From Methylophilaceae bacterium (GTDB lineage Bacteria > Pseudomonadota > Gammaproteobacteria > Burkholderiales > Methylophilaceae): a DNA stretch of 64,000 bases. The position numbers and the translations under genes are program-made. The notes below the pieces were generated by a model that ran no database searches, was not told the origin of the DNA, and was given only the letters and a program-made list of their open reading frames with translations. Positions 39,956-48,699 of the stretch are shown piece by piece. Numbering within the stretch: the stretch's first letter is position 1; every line of letters begins with the position of its first letter. The stretch is from positions 35,903 to 99,902 of the forward strand of contig CBFHKG010000003.1 of assembly GCA_965656355.1 (NCBI GenBank), given 5' to 3'.

Positions 39956-40863
39956 AAAAAAATGAAAATATTTTAATTATTAAGCACGGCGCATTGGGGG
40001 ATCTGATTCAGGCTGACGGTATTATTAAATCAATTAGGTATGAACATAAAAATGCAAAGTTGGTACTATTAACCTCAAAAAAATTCATTACTTTAATGTC
40101 TATGTGCCCATATATTGATAATCAATTAGTTGATAATAGGTCTTCATTCTTAAATATTTTTGCACTTATAAACTTATACAAGAACGTAAAAAAATATAAC
40201 TTTAAAATCATTTATGACCTACAAAATTCACAACGAACATATATATACCGTAAGTATTTATTTAAAAAAACAAAATGGGTAACTACTGATAGAAAAAATC
40301 ACCCAATATCAGGTCTTCGTGGGTTAGAAGAAATGTTAAGAGGATATTTTGTTGCTTCTAAAAATATATTTAGACCAGATATTAGTTGGTTGGCAACAGA
40401 TACAAAAAAAATAATAAAAAAAAACAAGATTTTATCTAAATATATTGTGTTGCTTCCTGGTTCATCGAAAAAAAATCCATTAAAGAGATGGCCTTATTTT
40501 GTAGATTTAGCAAAACTTCTAATTTCTAAAGGGTATGAAGTGATAACTATACTTGGTCCAGAGGAGCTTGAAATGAAACGTTCATTTCCGGGCCATGTGC
40601 TTGAAAATTTAGATTGGTCCCAGTTGTCTGGAATCATTAAAGATTCACATTTTGTTATTGGGAACGATTCAGGACCGTCTCATATAGCGTCATGTTTGAA
40701 TAAAAAAGGCCTAGCTCTATTCGGACCTTCAACTTCTGCGATTAGATCCGAGCTTAAAAGAGGGAAATTTGAAATTTTAAAAGTAGACAATTTAGCAGAT
40801 CTAACTGCTAATAAAATTTTAGATGCAATGACAAAAATTTTAAATAAAAATCAAATTATTTAA
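39952..40863 (+). CDS. Glycosyltransferase family 9 (LPS heptosyltransferase-like)
   Basis: 303 aa. Contains 'ILIIKHGALGDLIQ' and 'GNDSGPSHIASCLNKKGLALFGPS'. Confidence 0.8.
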   Translation: MKKNENILIIKHGALGDLIQADGIIKSIRYEHKNAKLVLLTSKKFITLMSMCPYIDNQLVDNRSSFLNIFALINLYKNVKKYNFKIIYDLQNSQRTYIYRKYLFKKTKWVTTDRKNHPISGLRGLEEMLRGYFVASKNIFRPDISWLATDTKKIIKKNKILSKYIVLLPGSSKKNPLKRWPYFVDLAKLLISKGYEVITILGPEELEMKRSFPGHVLENLDWSQLSGIIKDSHFVIGNDSGPSHIASCLNKKGLALFGPSTSAIRSELKRGKFEILKVDNLADLTANKILDAMTKILNKNQII

Positions 40864-42103
40864 TGCTTCTTGAAAAAAGCCTATTTGTTGCTAGCATCAC
40901 CCCAACCAACAACCAAATAATGGCAGCATATTTATTTGCAAAGAAGCTTGTGCTTGAGGCTATAGGTAAAAAGCAAGTAAAAATGATGTTAAAAACTAAA
41001 GCAAATGAAAGCCATAATTTTTTGATGTAAAGAGTTTTTAGCGATGAAAATGTTAGAACACATACCATTATATAAAATAATATAAATCCAAATATACCTG
41101 TCTCAGAAAGTAACTGAAGTGAAATATTGTGGGGGTGAAAGCAAACTCCCGATCCAATTGCAGTTAGATAAGATGAGCCATAGGTACCTAGGTTTTCGCA
41201 AGCCTCCCTGTATTTATGAAGGCCAACGCCAAATAAAGGTGATTGCATCCAAACGTCGTAAGCACTTTGCCATACAAGGCCATAATCTGACGTTCTCCAA
41301 TTAAATATTTTCTCTATTGTAGAAAAATAAGCACGTTGAGTAGTATCAGGAAAATTGTACGCAAAAAATAATATTCCACAAAAAGAAATCAATAATAATA
41401 TCATCATCTTTTTTATTGAAAACATTTTATCAAGAGTGATTCCGATAAACATAATAAAAATATTTGCAAGGATTAGTAGGAGAGCCATTCTTTCACCAGT
41501 TATAAAAACTGAAAGGAATAACAGAGAGGAGACTATAAAAAAAGTATAAGTTAGATGTATTTTGTAATGTTGTAATTTAAATTTTTTATATAGGATAAAA
41601 AACATGGGAGGTAATAAAACAAGCTTAGCTATCCAGGCGCCTACATGAGGATTATTTTTAAAGGGCCCAGTTAACCTTTCTCCTGAGTATTTTTCAAAAC
41701 CGAAAATGTCTTGTTCAAAGAAGAACTGCCACCAAGTATCAAATATTATAAAAAATAAGACAATCGTCATTGATACAAAAAATCTCTTTAATGATTTAGT
41801 ATCATTCAAGATCCAGTAAGACAAAGCCATCGCAAATATGGGCCATCTTATAAAAAATAACGAGTAAGCTAAGGTCTCAGTTGGTTCAATACTCATTGCT
41901 GAGTTAATTGTCAGACAATAAATTGTAAAAATTAATGCAAAGCAAAACCATTTTTCTTTAACCCAATGCCAACCAATATTCTTGTATGAATGGTATAAAA
42001 ATAAAAGACTAATTAAAACAATAGTAATATCTGCCAAGCTTCTGGAGAACACTAAAAGCAAAGGGAGAAGGTATGGGAAGTATTTTTTTAAATTCGTAGT
42101 CAT
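40856..42103 (-). CDS. O-antigen ligase / Wzy_C-family polytopic membrane protein
   Basis: 415 aa with about 10-12 TM segments. A periplasmic loop carries 'GERMALLL' and 'GVGLHKYRE...HPHNISLQLLSETGIFG', typical of the O-antigen ligase family. Confidence 0.7.
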   Translation of the reverse strand: MTTNLKKYFPYLLPLLLVFSRSLADITIVLISLLFLYHSYKNIGWHWVKEKWFCFALIFTIYCLTINSAMSIEPTETLAYSLFFIRWPIFAMALSYWILNDTKSLKRFFVSMTIVLFFIIFDTWWQFFFEQDIFGFEKYSGERLTGPFKNNPHVGAWIAKLVLLPPMFFILYKKFKLQHYKIHLTYTFFIVSSLLFLSVFITGERMALLLILANIFIMFIGITLDKMFSIKKMMILLLISFCGILFFAYNFPDTTQRAYFSTIEKIFNWRTSDYGLVWQSAYDVWMQSPLFGVGLHKYREACENLGTYGSSYLTAIGSGVCFHPHNISLQLLSETGIFGFILFYIMVCVLTFSSLKTLYIKKLWLSFALVFNIIFTCFLPIASSTSFFANKYAAIIWLLVGVMLATNRLFSRSIK

Positions 42104-43761
42104 GATTGAAGCTCACACATAAGTTCTTCCATTGGTTTTTTCCAATCTCCTAAGGTCGATTGCCTAAAAATTTTAACTGACGGATACCACGGGGTATCTT
42201 TTCTTTCATTCATCCATAAAAAACTTGATTTTTCCGGGAGCAACAAAAAAGTTTTCTTACCTAATGCACCTGCTAGATGGACGATTACCGAATCAACGGA
42301 TATTACAATATCTAACATTTTAATTAGTGATGCAGTATCAGAGAAGTCATGAATTAATTTTTGATGATCAATAATTTTACAATTATTTAGAATTTCTAAA
42401 TCTTTATGCGGGACCTCTTTTTGAAGAGAATAAAATTCAAAAGGAAGAGATAATAATTCAGAAAAATCATCAAGCGACATACTTCTATTGTGATTATTTT
42501 TATGTAAAGGATTTCCAGACCAACTTAAACCAATTTTCAAATGCTTACTATTTATTAATTTTTTTTCCCAAGTTTTATTCTTATTTAAATTTATTTGTAG
42601 GTAAGGACATTTATTTGGAATATTTGAAATTTCAGTTTTGAATCCCAGGGGGAGACTCATAATAGGAGAATAAAAATCAAATTCAGATGGGTGAGCGTTT
42701 GGACCAATCACCTCTATTTCAGGATCCTGAGAGTTTATTAGGTTATAAAAAGGTTCAGTGACCTCTAAGATTATTTTCTTAGGATGTAAATCTTTTAACA
42801 AAGCTATGTATCTAAAACAATGAATAAAGTCACCATGGCCTTGTTCGGGATATATGAAAATTACTTTATTTTCTATAGATTCATTTCCCAACCATAATTT
42901 TTTAGGATAATCCCTGACCCATTCTTTTGCAAAGCTTTGCCACCTATATTCATATAGCTCCCATCCATCTTTATAATTTCCTTGAAAAAGATGAAGTAAT
43001 GATTTATTCCAATAGGATTCTGGGTACTTTGGATCAAGGGAGATACATTTATTAAAATCATCCATAGCTAAATTTAATTTTTTTAATGCCTGAAAAGATA
43101 AGCCACGATTACTATAAAAGTATCCTATCATTGGTGCATTTTTAATACATAGATTGAAGTAGTCAATTGATTCATCGAACCTATTCATTTTAAAAGAAGC
43201 TAAACCAGCATTGTTATATAGGATTGCATTATCTTTATCTATTTTTATGCACTGAGTAAAATATTCCAAAGCATTTTTTGCTTCACCAATTTCTAATAGA
43301 TTTATTCCTAAAGCATTTAAAATTTTTAAATTTCTAGGAGCTAGTTCTAACGCACTCATAAAACAATCGATTGCCTCATTATGAATTTTAAGATTAGTTA
43401 AAAGCTCCCCTTTTTTTATATAGGCTTCTAAATATTTAGGAGCTTTTGTAATTGTTGTTGTATAAAATTCAAGAGCCCTTGTGAAATTTTTTTGATTTAG
43501 ATAGGAATTCCCAAGATTAAAGCTAATCATAGGTTGATTTGGGTTAATTTGAAGTGATTTTTCAAGCAATGAACATCCTTTTTTATCATTACCTAATTGG
43601 AGATTTAAAGTACCAAGACTATTGCATAAGTCAGCGCTCTCTGGATATTTAGAAATTAAATATTCAAATCCTTTTTTTGCTTTATTTAAGTTTCCAGATT
43701 GATGAAACTGGATACTTTCTTGAAATATATCATCATCATTTTTCTGTTTATTAGAAACCAT
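42100..43761 (-). CDS. TPR-repeat protein fused to a GT9-like (heptosyltransferase-fold) domain
   Basis: 553 aa. The N-terminal roughly 270 aa is tandem TPR ('A...Y...L...P....a..nLG'). The C-terminal half carries 'EQGHGDFIHCFRY', 'IGLSWSGNPLHKNNHNRS', 'DTASLIKMLDIVISVDSVIVHLAGALGKKTFLLLP' and 'PWYPSVKIFRQ'. Confidence 0.7.
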   Translation of the reverse strand: MVSNKQKNDDDIFQESIQFHQSGNLNKAKKGFEYLISKYPESADLCNSLGTLNLQLGNDKKGCSLLEKSLQINPNQPMISFNLGNSYLNQKNFTRALEFYTTTITKAPKYLEAYIKKGELLTNLKIHNEAIDCFMSALELAPRNLKILNALGINLLEIGEAKNALEYFTQCIKIDKDNAILYNNAGLASFKMNRFDESIDYFNLCIKNAPMIGYFYSNRGLSFQALKKLNLAMDDFNKCISLDPKYPESYWNKSLLHLFQGNYKDGWELYEYRWQSFAKEWVRDYPKKLWLGNESIENKVIFIYPEQGHGDFIHCFRYIALLKDLHPKKIILEVTEPFYNLINSQDPEIEVIGPNAHPSEFDFYSPIMSLPLGFKTEISNIPNKCPYLQINLNKNKTWEKKLINSKHLKIGLSWSGNPLHKNNHNRSMSLDDFSELLSLPFEFYSLQKEVPHKDLEILNNCKIIDHQKLIHDFSDTASLIKMLDIVISVDSVIVHLAGALGKKTFLLLPEKSSFLWMNERKDTPWYPSVKIFRQSTLGDWKKPMEELMCELQS

Positions 43762-43773
43762 TAAATTATGTAT

Positions 43774-44241
43774 TTATTTAGACCAATTGCCTGATTTACC
43801 ACCAGATTTTTTTAATAGCATAATTTGTGAAATAGATAAATTTTTGCTAAAAGATTTACACATATCATATATGGTTAGTAAGGCGACAGAAACAGAGGTG
43901 AGTGCTTCCATTTCAACTCCAGTTTTACCAAAACACCTCACTAAACCTTTGCAATTAATTATATTTTTTTTATCATCAATAAAAAATTCAATTTCAATTT
44001 TAGTAAGATTTAAATTATGTGCCAATGGAATTAAATCTGAGGTTCTTTTTGCTGCTTGGATTCCTGCAAGTCTAGATGTTGATAGCACATCTCCTTTCTT
44101 ATTTCTATTTTCAATAATAGCATTAATTATTTCTTTATTGAGTATTATAGATCCCTGAGCAATAGCCTCCCTTAGAGTATCATTCTTTTTTGAGACATCG
44201 ACCATGTTGGCATCACCATTTTCATCAATATGAGTAAACAT
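43774..44241 (-). CDS. moaC: Cyclic pyranopterin monophosphate synthase
   Basis: 155 aa. Contains 'MVDVSKKNDTLREA', 'KGDVLSTSRLAGIQAAKRTSDLIPLAH' and 'GVEMEALT'. Confidence 0.93.
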   Translation of the reverse strand: MFTHIDENGDANMVDVSKKNDTLREAIAQGSIILNKEIINAIIENRNKKGDVLSTSRLAGIQAAKRTSDLIPLAHNLNLTKIEIEFFIDDKKNIINCKGLVRCFGKTGVEMEALTSVSVALLTIYDMCKSFSKNLSISQIMLLKKSGGKSGNWSK

Positions 44242-44294
44242 CTATTTATCTTCCGCTATAATTTATTAAGTAATTACAATGATAATATCAATGT

Positions 44295-45716
44295 ATGAAA
44301 AAAACTCTATTAATATTAATTTTCTTAAGCTGTATTGTAATGGCTAATAATTTGCCTGAACTTGGTGACTACAGCTCTTCCAAAATAAGTGAAAATGAAG
44401 AAATTTTCATCGGTAGACAAATTTTATTTCAAGTTAATCAGAGCGATAGCATTATTCGGGATATTGAGATTTCAGACTATCTCGATTCATTAGGCAAAAG
44501 ACTCATAAACGCAAGTACAGATCCCGCGAAAAAAATTGAATTTTTTATTGTGAATGATTCATCAATAAATGCTTTTGCAATGCTTGGGGGTGTTATAGGT
44601 GTTCATTCAGGATTATTTCTCGCTTCAAACACAGAGTCAGAATTAGCAAGTGTTATAAGTCATGAGATAGCCCACATCAATCAAAAACATATTTCAAGAT
44701 TTTTAGCGCAACAGGAAAGAGCCTCTTATCAGTCAACTTTTCTTATGGCCGTGGCACTCTTATTGGCCAGATCGAATCCTCAACTTGCAAGTACAACTAT
44801 GGCAGGGGCATCTGCAGGCTCAGTTCAAGGAGCGCTTGACTTTACAAGGGAGAATGAGAAAGAAGCAGATAGGGTTGGAATTCAAACGTTAAATAATGCT
44901 GGCTTTGATGTCAGAGGAGCCCGTGATTTTTTTACAACACTAAAAAAAGCCAATCAGTTTTCTAGCGGAGCGGCACCAGCTTTTTTACAAACCCATCCCA
45001 TAACAAGTAACAGAATAAGTGATATTGAGGATCGATTAAAAGATTATCCCTACAAGCAAAGGTTGGGCAATCAAACTTTTTATTACGTTAAGGGTAAATT
45101 AAAAGCTCTTCTTGGAAATAAAAGTAATACGAAAAATATTTTAGAGGAAAATATTAAAAATAAAATTTATATTAACGAGGCAGGAGAAAGGTTTGCACTT
45201 GCATATATTTATTTAATGGACAACGAATTCACTAAATCACAAGAACAGATTCAATGGTTATTTGATAATGAACAATCAAATTCAATGTTAAGTCAGCTTT
45301 ATATAAATTATTTAATAAAAACAAATAAAGTTACAGAAGCAAAAAAATTGTATATTCAAAATTTAAATTTTTTTCCATCAAACAGATCTTTTGTCTTTGG
45401 ACTTGCTGATTTGTATTTAAGAACTCAAGAAACGGAAAAAGCATTAAAACTTTTGAAAAAAAACGAACAAAAATTTTCACAAGACCCTATTCTTTATAAT
45501 TTGTATGCAAAAGTTTATGCAAAACAAGGCGAAAAACTTCTTCAATATGAAAATCTAGCAGAAGCCGCTTATTATAATTTTAATCTACAGGAGGCAATTA
45601 TGAGGATGGACTTAGCAATTAAAGCAAATGATGGTGATTTTTATGAAAAGTCTAGAGTTGAATCAAGATTAAAACAATTCCAAAGAGAGCAACAATTTCA
45701 CACAAGAGATAAATGA
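44295..45716 (+). CDS. bepA: M48-family periplasmic metalloprotease with TPR tail (BepA/YfgC-like)
   Basis: 473 aa with a signal peptide, the zinc motif 'HEIAHINQKH', a downstream 'ENEKEADR', and a TPR-like C-terminal domain. Confidence 0.8.
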   Translation: MKKTLLILIFLSCIVMANNLPELGDYSSSKISENEEIFIGRQILFQVNQSDSIIRDIEISDYLDSLGKRLINASTDPAKKIEFFIVNDSSINAFAMLGGVIGVHSGLFLASNTESELASVISHEIAHINQKHISRFLAQQERASYQSTFLMAVALLLARSNPQLASTTMAGASAGSVQGALDFTRENEKEADRVGIQTLNNAGFDVRGARDFFTTLKKANQFSSGAAPAFLQTHPITSNRISDIEDRLKDYPYKQRLGNQTFYYVKGKLKALLGNKSNTKNILEENIKNKIYINEAGERFALAYIYLMDNEFTKSQEQIQWLFDNEQSNSMLSQLYINYLIKTNKVTEAKKLYIQNLNFFPSNRSFVFGLADLYLRTQETEKALKLLKKNEQKFSQDPILYNLYAKVYAKQGEKLLQYENLAEAAYYNFNLQEAIMRMDLAIKANDGDFYEKSRVESRLKQFQREQQFHTRDK

Positions 45717-45815
45717 TAAGTTTTACTTATCAGCATGATTTTAATATAAAATTATACTAAGTAGCATTGATAAACTATTATATATTTACATTAATTAATT
45801 TATAGGAAAATTAAC

Positions 45816-46385
45816 ATGTCTTCACTTATTAATACAGAAGTTAAGCCTTTCAAGGCTACGGCATTTCACAGCGAAAAAGGTGGCATAGAAGTGACCGAGG
45901 CTGATCTTAAAGGAAAATGGTCCGCTGTTGTTTTTTACCCAGCTGATTTTACATTTGTTTGTCCAACTGAGCTAGGAGATCTTGCAGATCACTATGAAGA
46001 GTTACAGAAAATAGGTGTGGAAGTGTATGCGGTATCAACAGATACACATTTTACGCACAAAGCTTGGCATGACACATCAGAAACAATTAAAAAAATAAAA
46101 TTTCCAATGATTGGAGATCCTACAGGTGCAATATCAAGAAACTTTGATGTAATGATTGAAGAAGAAGGTTTGGCTTTAAGAGGTTCATTCATTATAAACC
46201 CGGATGGAATCATTAAAACTGCTGAAATAAATGATTTAGGTATAGGTCGTTCAGCAGCCGATTTAGTAAGAAAGGTTCAGGCAGCTCAACATATTGCAGC
46301 AAATCCAAATCAAGCTTGCCCAGCCTCTTGGAAACCAGGAGAAGAGGCATTAACTCCATCACTTGATTTAGTAGGTAAAATTTAA
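45816..46385 (+). CDS. ahpC: Alkyl hydroperoxide reductase subunit C (2-Cys peroxiredoxin)
   Basis: 189 aa. Peroxidatic Cys in 'DFTFVCPTE' and resolving Cys in '[11 protein letters not shown]'. Confidence 0.95.
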   Translation: MSSLINTEVKPFKATAFHSEKGGIEVTEADLKGKWSAVVFYPADFTFVCPTELGDLADHYEELQKIGVEVYAVSTDTHFTHKAWHDTSETIKKIKFPMIGDPTGAISRNFDVMIEEEGLALRGSFIINPDGIIKTAEINDLGIGRSAADLVRKVQAAQHIAANPNQACPASWKPGEEALTPSLDLVGKI

Positions 46386-46405
46386 ATTCTGAAATAGTTT
46401 AGTAT

Positions 46406-46430
46406 GGTTGGGTAAAAATTTTGCCCAACC
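46406..46430 (+). other. Hairpin GGTTGGG-N11-CCCAACC between ahpC and ahpF (possible attenuator)
   Basis: A 7-bp GC-containing stem read directly. No clear U-tract follows it. Confidence 0.3.
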
Positions 46431-46455
46431 AAGACTTTGCTCCGGAAGACTATTT

Positions 46456-48006
46456 ATGCCACTTTCAATTGAAATTACAACACAATTAAAACAATATTTA
46501 GCGAAGCTAAATTCTAATGTGGTAATTGAAGCATTTGTCGATGAAAGTGAAGTTTCAACTAATATGAGTGAACTATTGGTTGAATTAGCAGAGATGACAG
46601 AGAAAATTTCTCTCAATATTCATAAAGATTCGACTGAGAGAACGCCATCCTTTAAAATTAACAAACCTAATGAAACAACAGGTATTCAATTTGCAGGAAT
46701 TCCTTTGGGACACGAATTTTCGTCACTAGTACTCGCTTTGTTGCAGGTGGGTGAGCACCCATTAAAAATTTCAGAAGATTTAGTTGATCAAATTAAAAAC
46801 ATAGAAGGAGAATTCTTTTTCGAAACCTTCATTTCCTTATCATGCCATAACTGCCCAGATGTTGTGCAAGCTTTAAATGTCCTATCACTCTTAAACCCTA
46901 ATATAAGCCACTGTATGGTGGATGGTGCACTATTTCAAGATGAGGTTAAAAGAAAAAAAATAATGTCAGTTCCAACAGTATTTCTTAATGATGCTGAGTT
47001 CGGACAAGGCAGGATGGAATTAGAGGAGATTATCAATAAGATTGATACAAAGGCTGGTGAAAAAAAAGCTGATCAATTATCCCAAAAAGAGCTTTTCGAT
47101 ATCCTTGTGGTTGGTGGAGGTCCAGCTGGTGCATCGGCTGCAATTTATTCTGCAAGGAAAGGAATAAAAACAGGAATTATTGCTGAGCGTTTTGGTGGAC
47201 AAGTCATGGATACACTTGGGATAGAAAATTTTATTTCTGTACAAAAAACTGAAGGCCCAAAGTTAGTGAAAGCGCTTGAAGAACATGTAAAAGAGTATGA
47301 TGTTGACGTCATTAATCTTCAGTCAGCAAAAAAAATTGTAAAAGTAAATGATTTATTATTTGAAGTTCACCTAAATAGTGGAGGCATTCTTAAATCTAAG
47401 TCGGTCGTTATTGCCACTGGTGCAAGCTGGAAGGAATTAGGTGTTCCTGGAGAAAAAGAATTTAAGGGAAAAGGGGTAGCATATTGTCCTCATTGTGATG
47501 GACCCTTATTTAAGGGAAAAGATGTAGCTGTAATCGGAGGGGGGAATTCAGGTATTGAAGCCGCAATTGACTTAGCAGGTATCGTTAAGCATGTCACAAT
47601 CTTAGAATTTGCTTCCGAGCTTAATGGTGATCAGGTATTAATTGATAGATTAAATAGCTTAGACAATATTGAGGTTGTACTAAATGCTAAAACAAATGAA
47701 ATTTGTGGGTCAGATAAAGTAACACACTTAGTTTATACAGATAGAAAACATGATAAAGAAGAGAGGATAAATATTGAAGCGGTATTTATTCAAATTGGTT
47801 TAAATTCAAACAGTGATTGGGTAAAAGACGATATAAAATTAAGCCAGTATGGCGAAATCGAAATCAATGACCATGGAGAGACATCAATGGAAGGTGTCTT
47901 CGCAGCAGGCGATGTCACTACAATACCTTATAAACAAATCATTATAGCCATGGGAGAAGGCTCTAAAGCAGCGTTAGGCGCTTTTGACTATCTAATAAGG
48001 CATTAA
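46456..48006 (+). CDS. ahpF: Alkyl hydroperoxide reductase subunit F
   Basis: Contains CxxC 'CHNCPD' and 'CPHCDG', the FAD motif 'GGGPAGASAA' and the NAD motif 'GGGNSGIEAA'. I prefer the ATG at 46456 (GGAAG upstream) to the track's TTG at 46408, which lies inside the intergenic hairpin. Confidence 0.92.
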   Translation: MPLSIEITTQLKQYLAKLNSNVVIEAFVDESEVSTNMSELLVELAEMTEKISLNIHKDSTERTPSFKINKPNETTGIQFAGIPLGHEFSSLVLALLQVGEHPLKISEDLVDQIKNIEGEFFFETFISLSCHNCPDVVQALNVLSLLNPNISHCMVDGALFQDEVKRKKIMSVPTVFLNDAEFGQGRMELEEIINKIDTKAGEKKADQLSQKELFDILVVGGGPAGASAAIYSARKGIKTGIIAERFGGQVMDTLGIENFISVQKTEGPKLVKALEEHVKEYDVDVINLQSAKKIVKVNDLLFEVHLNSGGILKSKSVVIATGASWKELGVPGEKEFKGKGVAYCPHCDGPLFKGKDVAVIGGGNSGIEAAIDLAGIVKHVTILEFASELNGDQVLIDRLNSLDNIEVVLNAKTNEICGSDKVTHLVYTDRKHDKEERINIEAVFIQIGLNSNSDWVKDDIKLSQYGEIEINDHGETSMEGVFAAGDVTTIPYKQIIIAMGEGSKAALGAFDYLIRH

Positions 48007-48012
48007 AAAAAT

Positions 48013-48612
48013 TTAGTCGTTGTTTTCAAGAAGTTCTTTAAGAAGAGGTACAGTAATTGGCTTTTTCATTTTTAAGGACCAATTATCTAATGCATCTAAG
48101 GTTGCGATTAAGTAGTGTAAGTCCCTTTGTAAATGCCTCATACAATATTCAATAACATTTTCGTTACATGACATCCCTTTTTGTTTTGAATGGCTCAATA
48201 ATGCTAATTTCTTCTCGCTATCTGTGAGTGGTTTGATTTGATAGACAAGACCCCAGCTAAGTCTGCTAGCTAAATCACCCCGCAAACCCATGTTGTTTGG
48301 AGAGTTGGCCCCAGTTATGAAAAGTTTTTTACTATTCTCTTTGCAGTCGTTAAAAATATTAAAAGCTTCAACTTGCTCCATATTATTTTTAGTCTCAATA
48401 TCCTCAATAACAAAAATGTTACCTCTTTTTACCACATCGGATAAATGTGACTTCCCTGAGCCTTCGACACCCCATAAATAAAAAAATTGAAGGCTTTTGT
48501 CAGCTATAAATTTTTTAATAATGTTAATTGTTTCAGAGTTATCACCAATTATAAAATTTTCAAGTGATTTAACCTTAGGTATTTGTATGTCAAGTAAAAG
48601 TTGATCCATCAT
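48013..48612 (-). CDS. hda: DnaA regulatory inactivator Hda
   Basis: 199 aa. N-terminal clamp-binding-like 'QLLLDI', Walker A 'GVEGSGKSHL', and a DnaA-domain-III-like remainder. Confidence 0.8.
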   Translation of the reverse strand: MMDQLLLDIQIPKVKSLENFIIGDNSETINIIKKFIADKSLQFFYLWGVEGSGKSHLSDVVKRGNIFVIEDIETKNNMEQVEAFNIFNDCKENSKKLFITGANSPNNMGLRGDLASRLSWGLVYQIKPLTDSEKKLALLSHSKQKGMSCNENVIEYCMRHLQRDLHYLIATLDALDNWSLKMKKPITVPLLKELLENND

Positions 48613-48699
48613 TCCTATGGCACCATGTGCCTATTAAGTAAAATTAAGTTAAAATCTTACTATACATAAACTCGCAAATCTAATAAGGATTAAACCAAA

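Noticed and set aside
37452-40470. A8-A9 homopolymer tracts inside the glycosyltransferase genes, considered as possible phase-variation switches.
   Set aside because: Equivalent poly-A runs (Lys AAA codons) occur throughout core genes such as valS, so they are a compositional feature of this genome rather than a feature specific to the glycan genes.
44752-44767. Sigma-54 promoter-like TGGCAC-N5-TTGG.
   Set aside because: It lies inside the bepA coding sequence. The critical -12 GC is GG, and no gene start follows.
45733-45815. An OxyR-type ATAG-N7-CTAT tetrad upstream of ahpC.
   Set aside because: Only isolated TAG/CTAT fragments occur, with the wrong spacing (10 nt). There is no convincing array.
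46408-46455. N-terminal 16-aa extension of ahpF from a TTG start.
   Set aside because: The TTG sits inside the intergenic hairpin. An ATG with a good ribosome-binding site at 46456 gives a protein that begins like canonical AhpF.
48617-48629. GGCAC-N3-GTGCC palindrome between hda and purM, considered as a sigma-54, PurR or DnaA site.
   Set aside because: The GG-to-GC spacing is wrong for sigma-54, and there is no resemblance to PurR or DnaA boxes. A 5-bp stem is too short to interpret.
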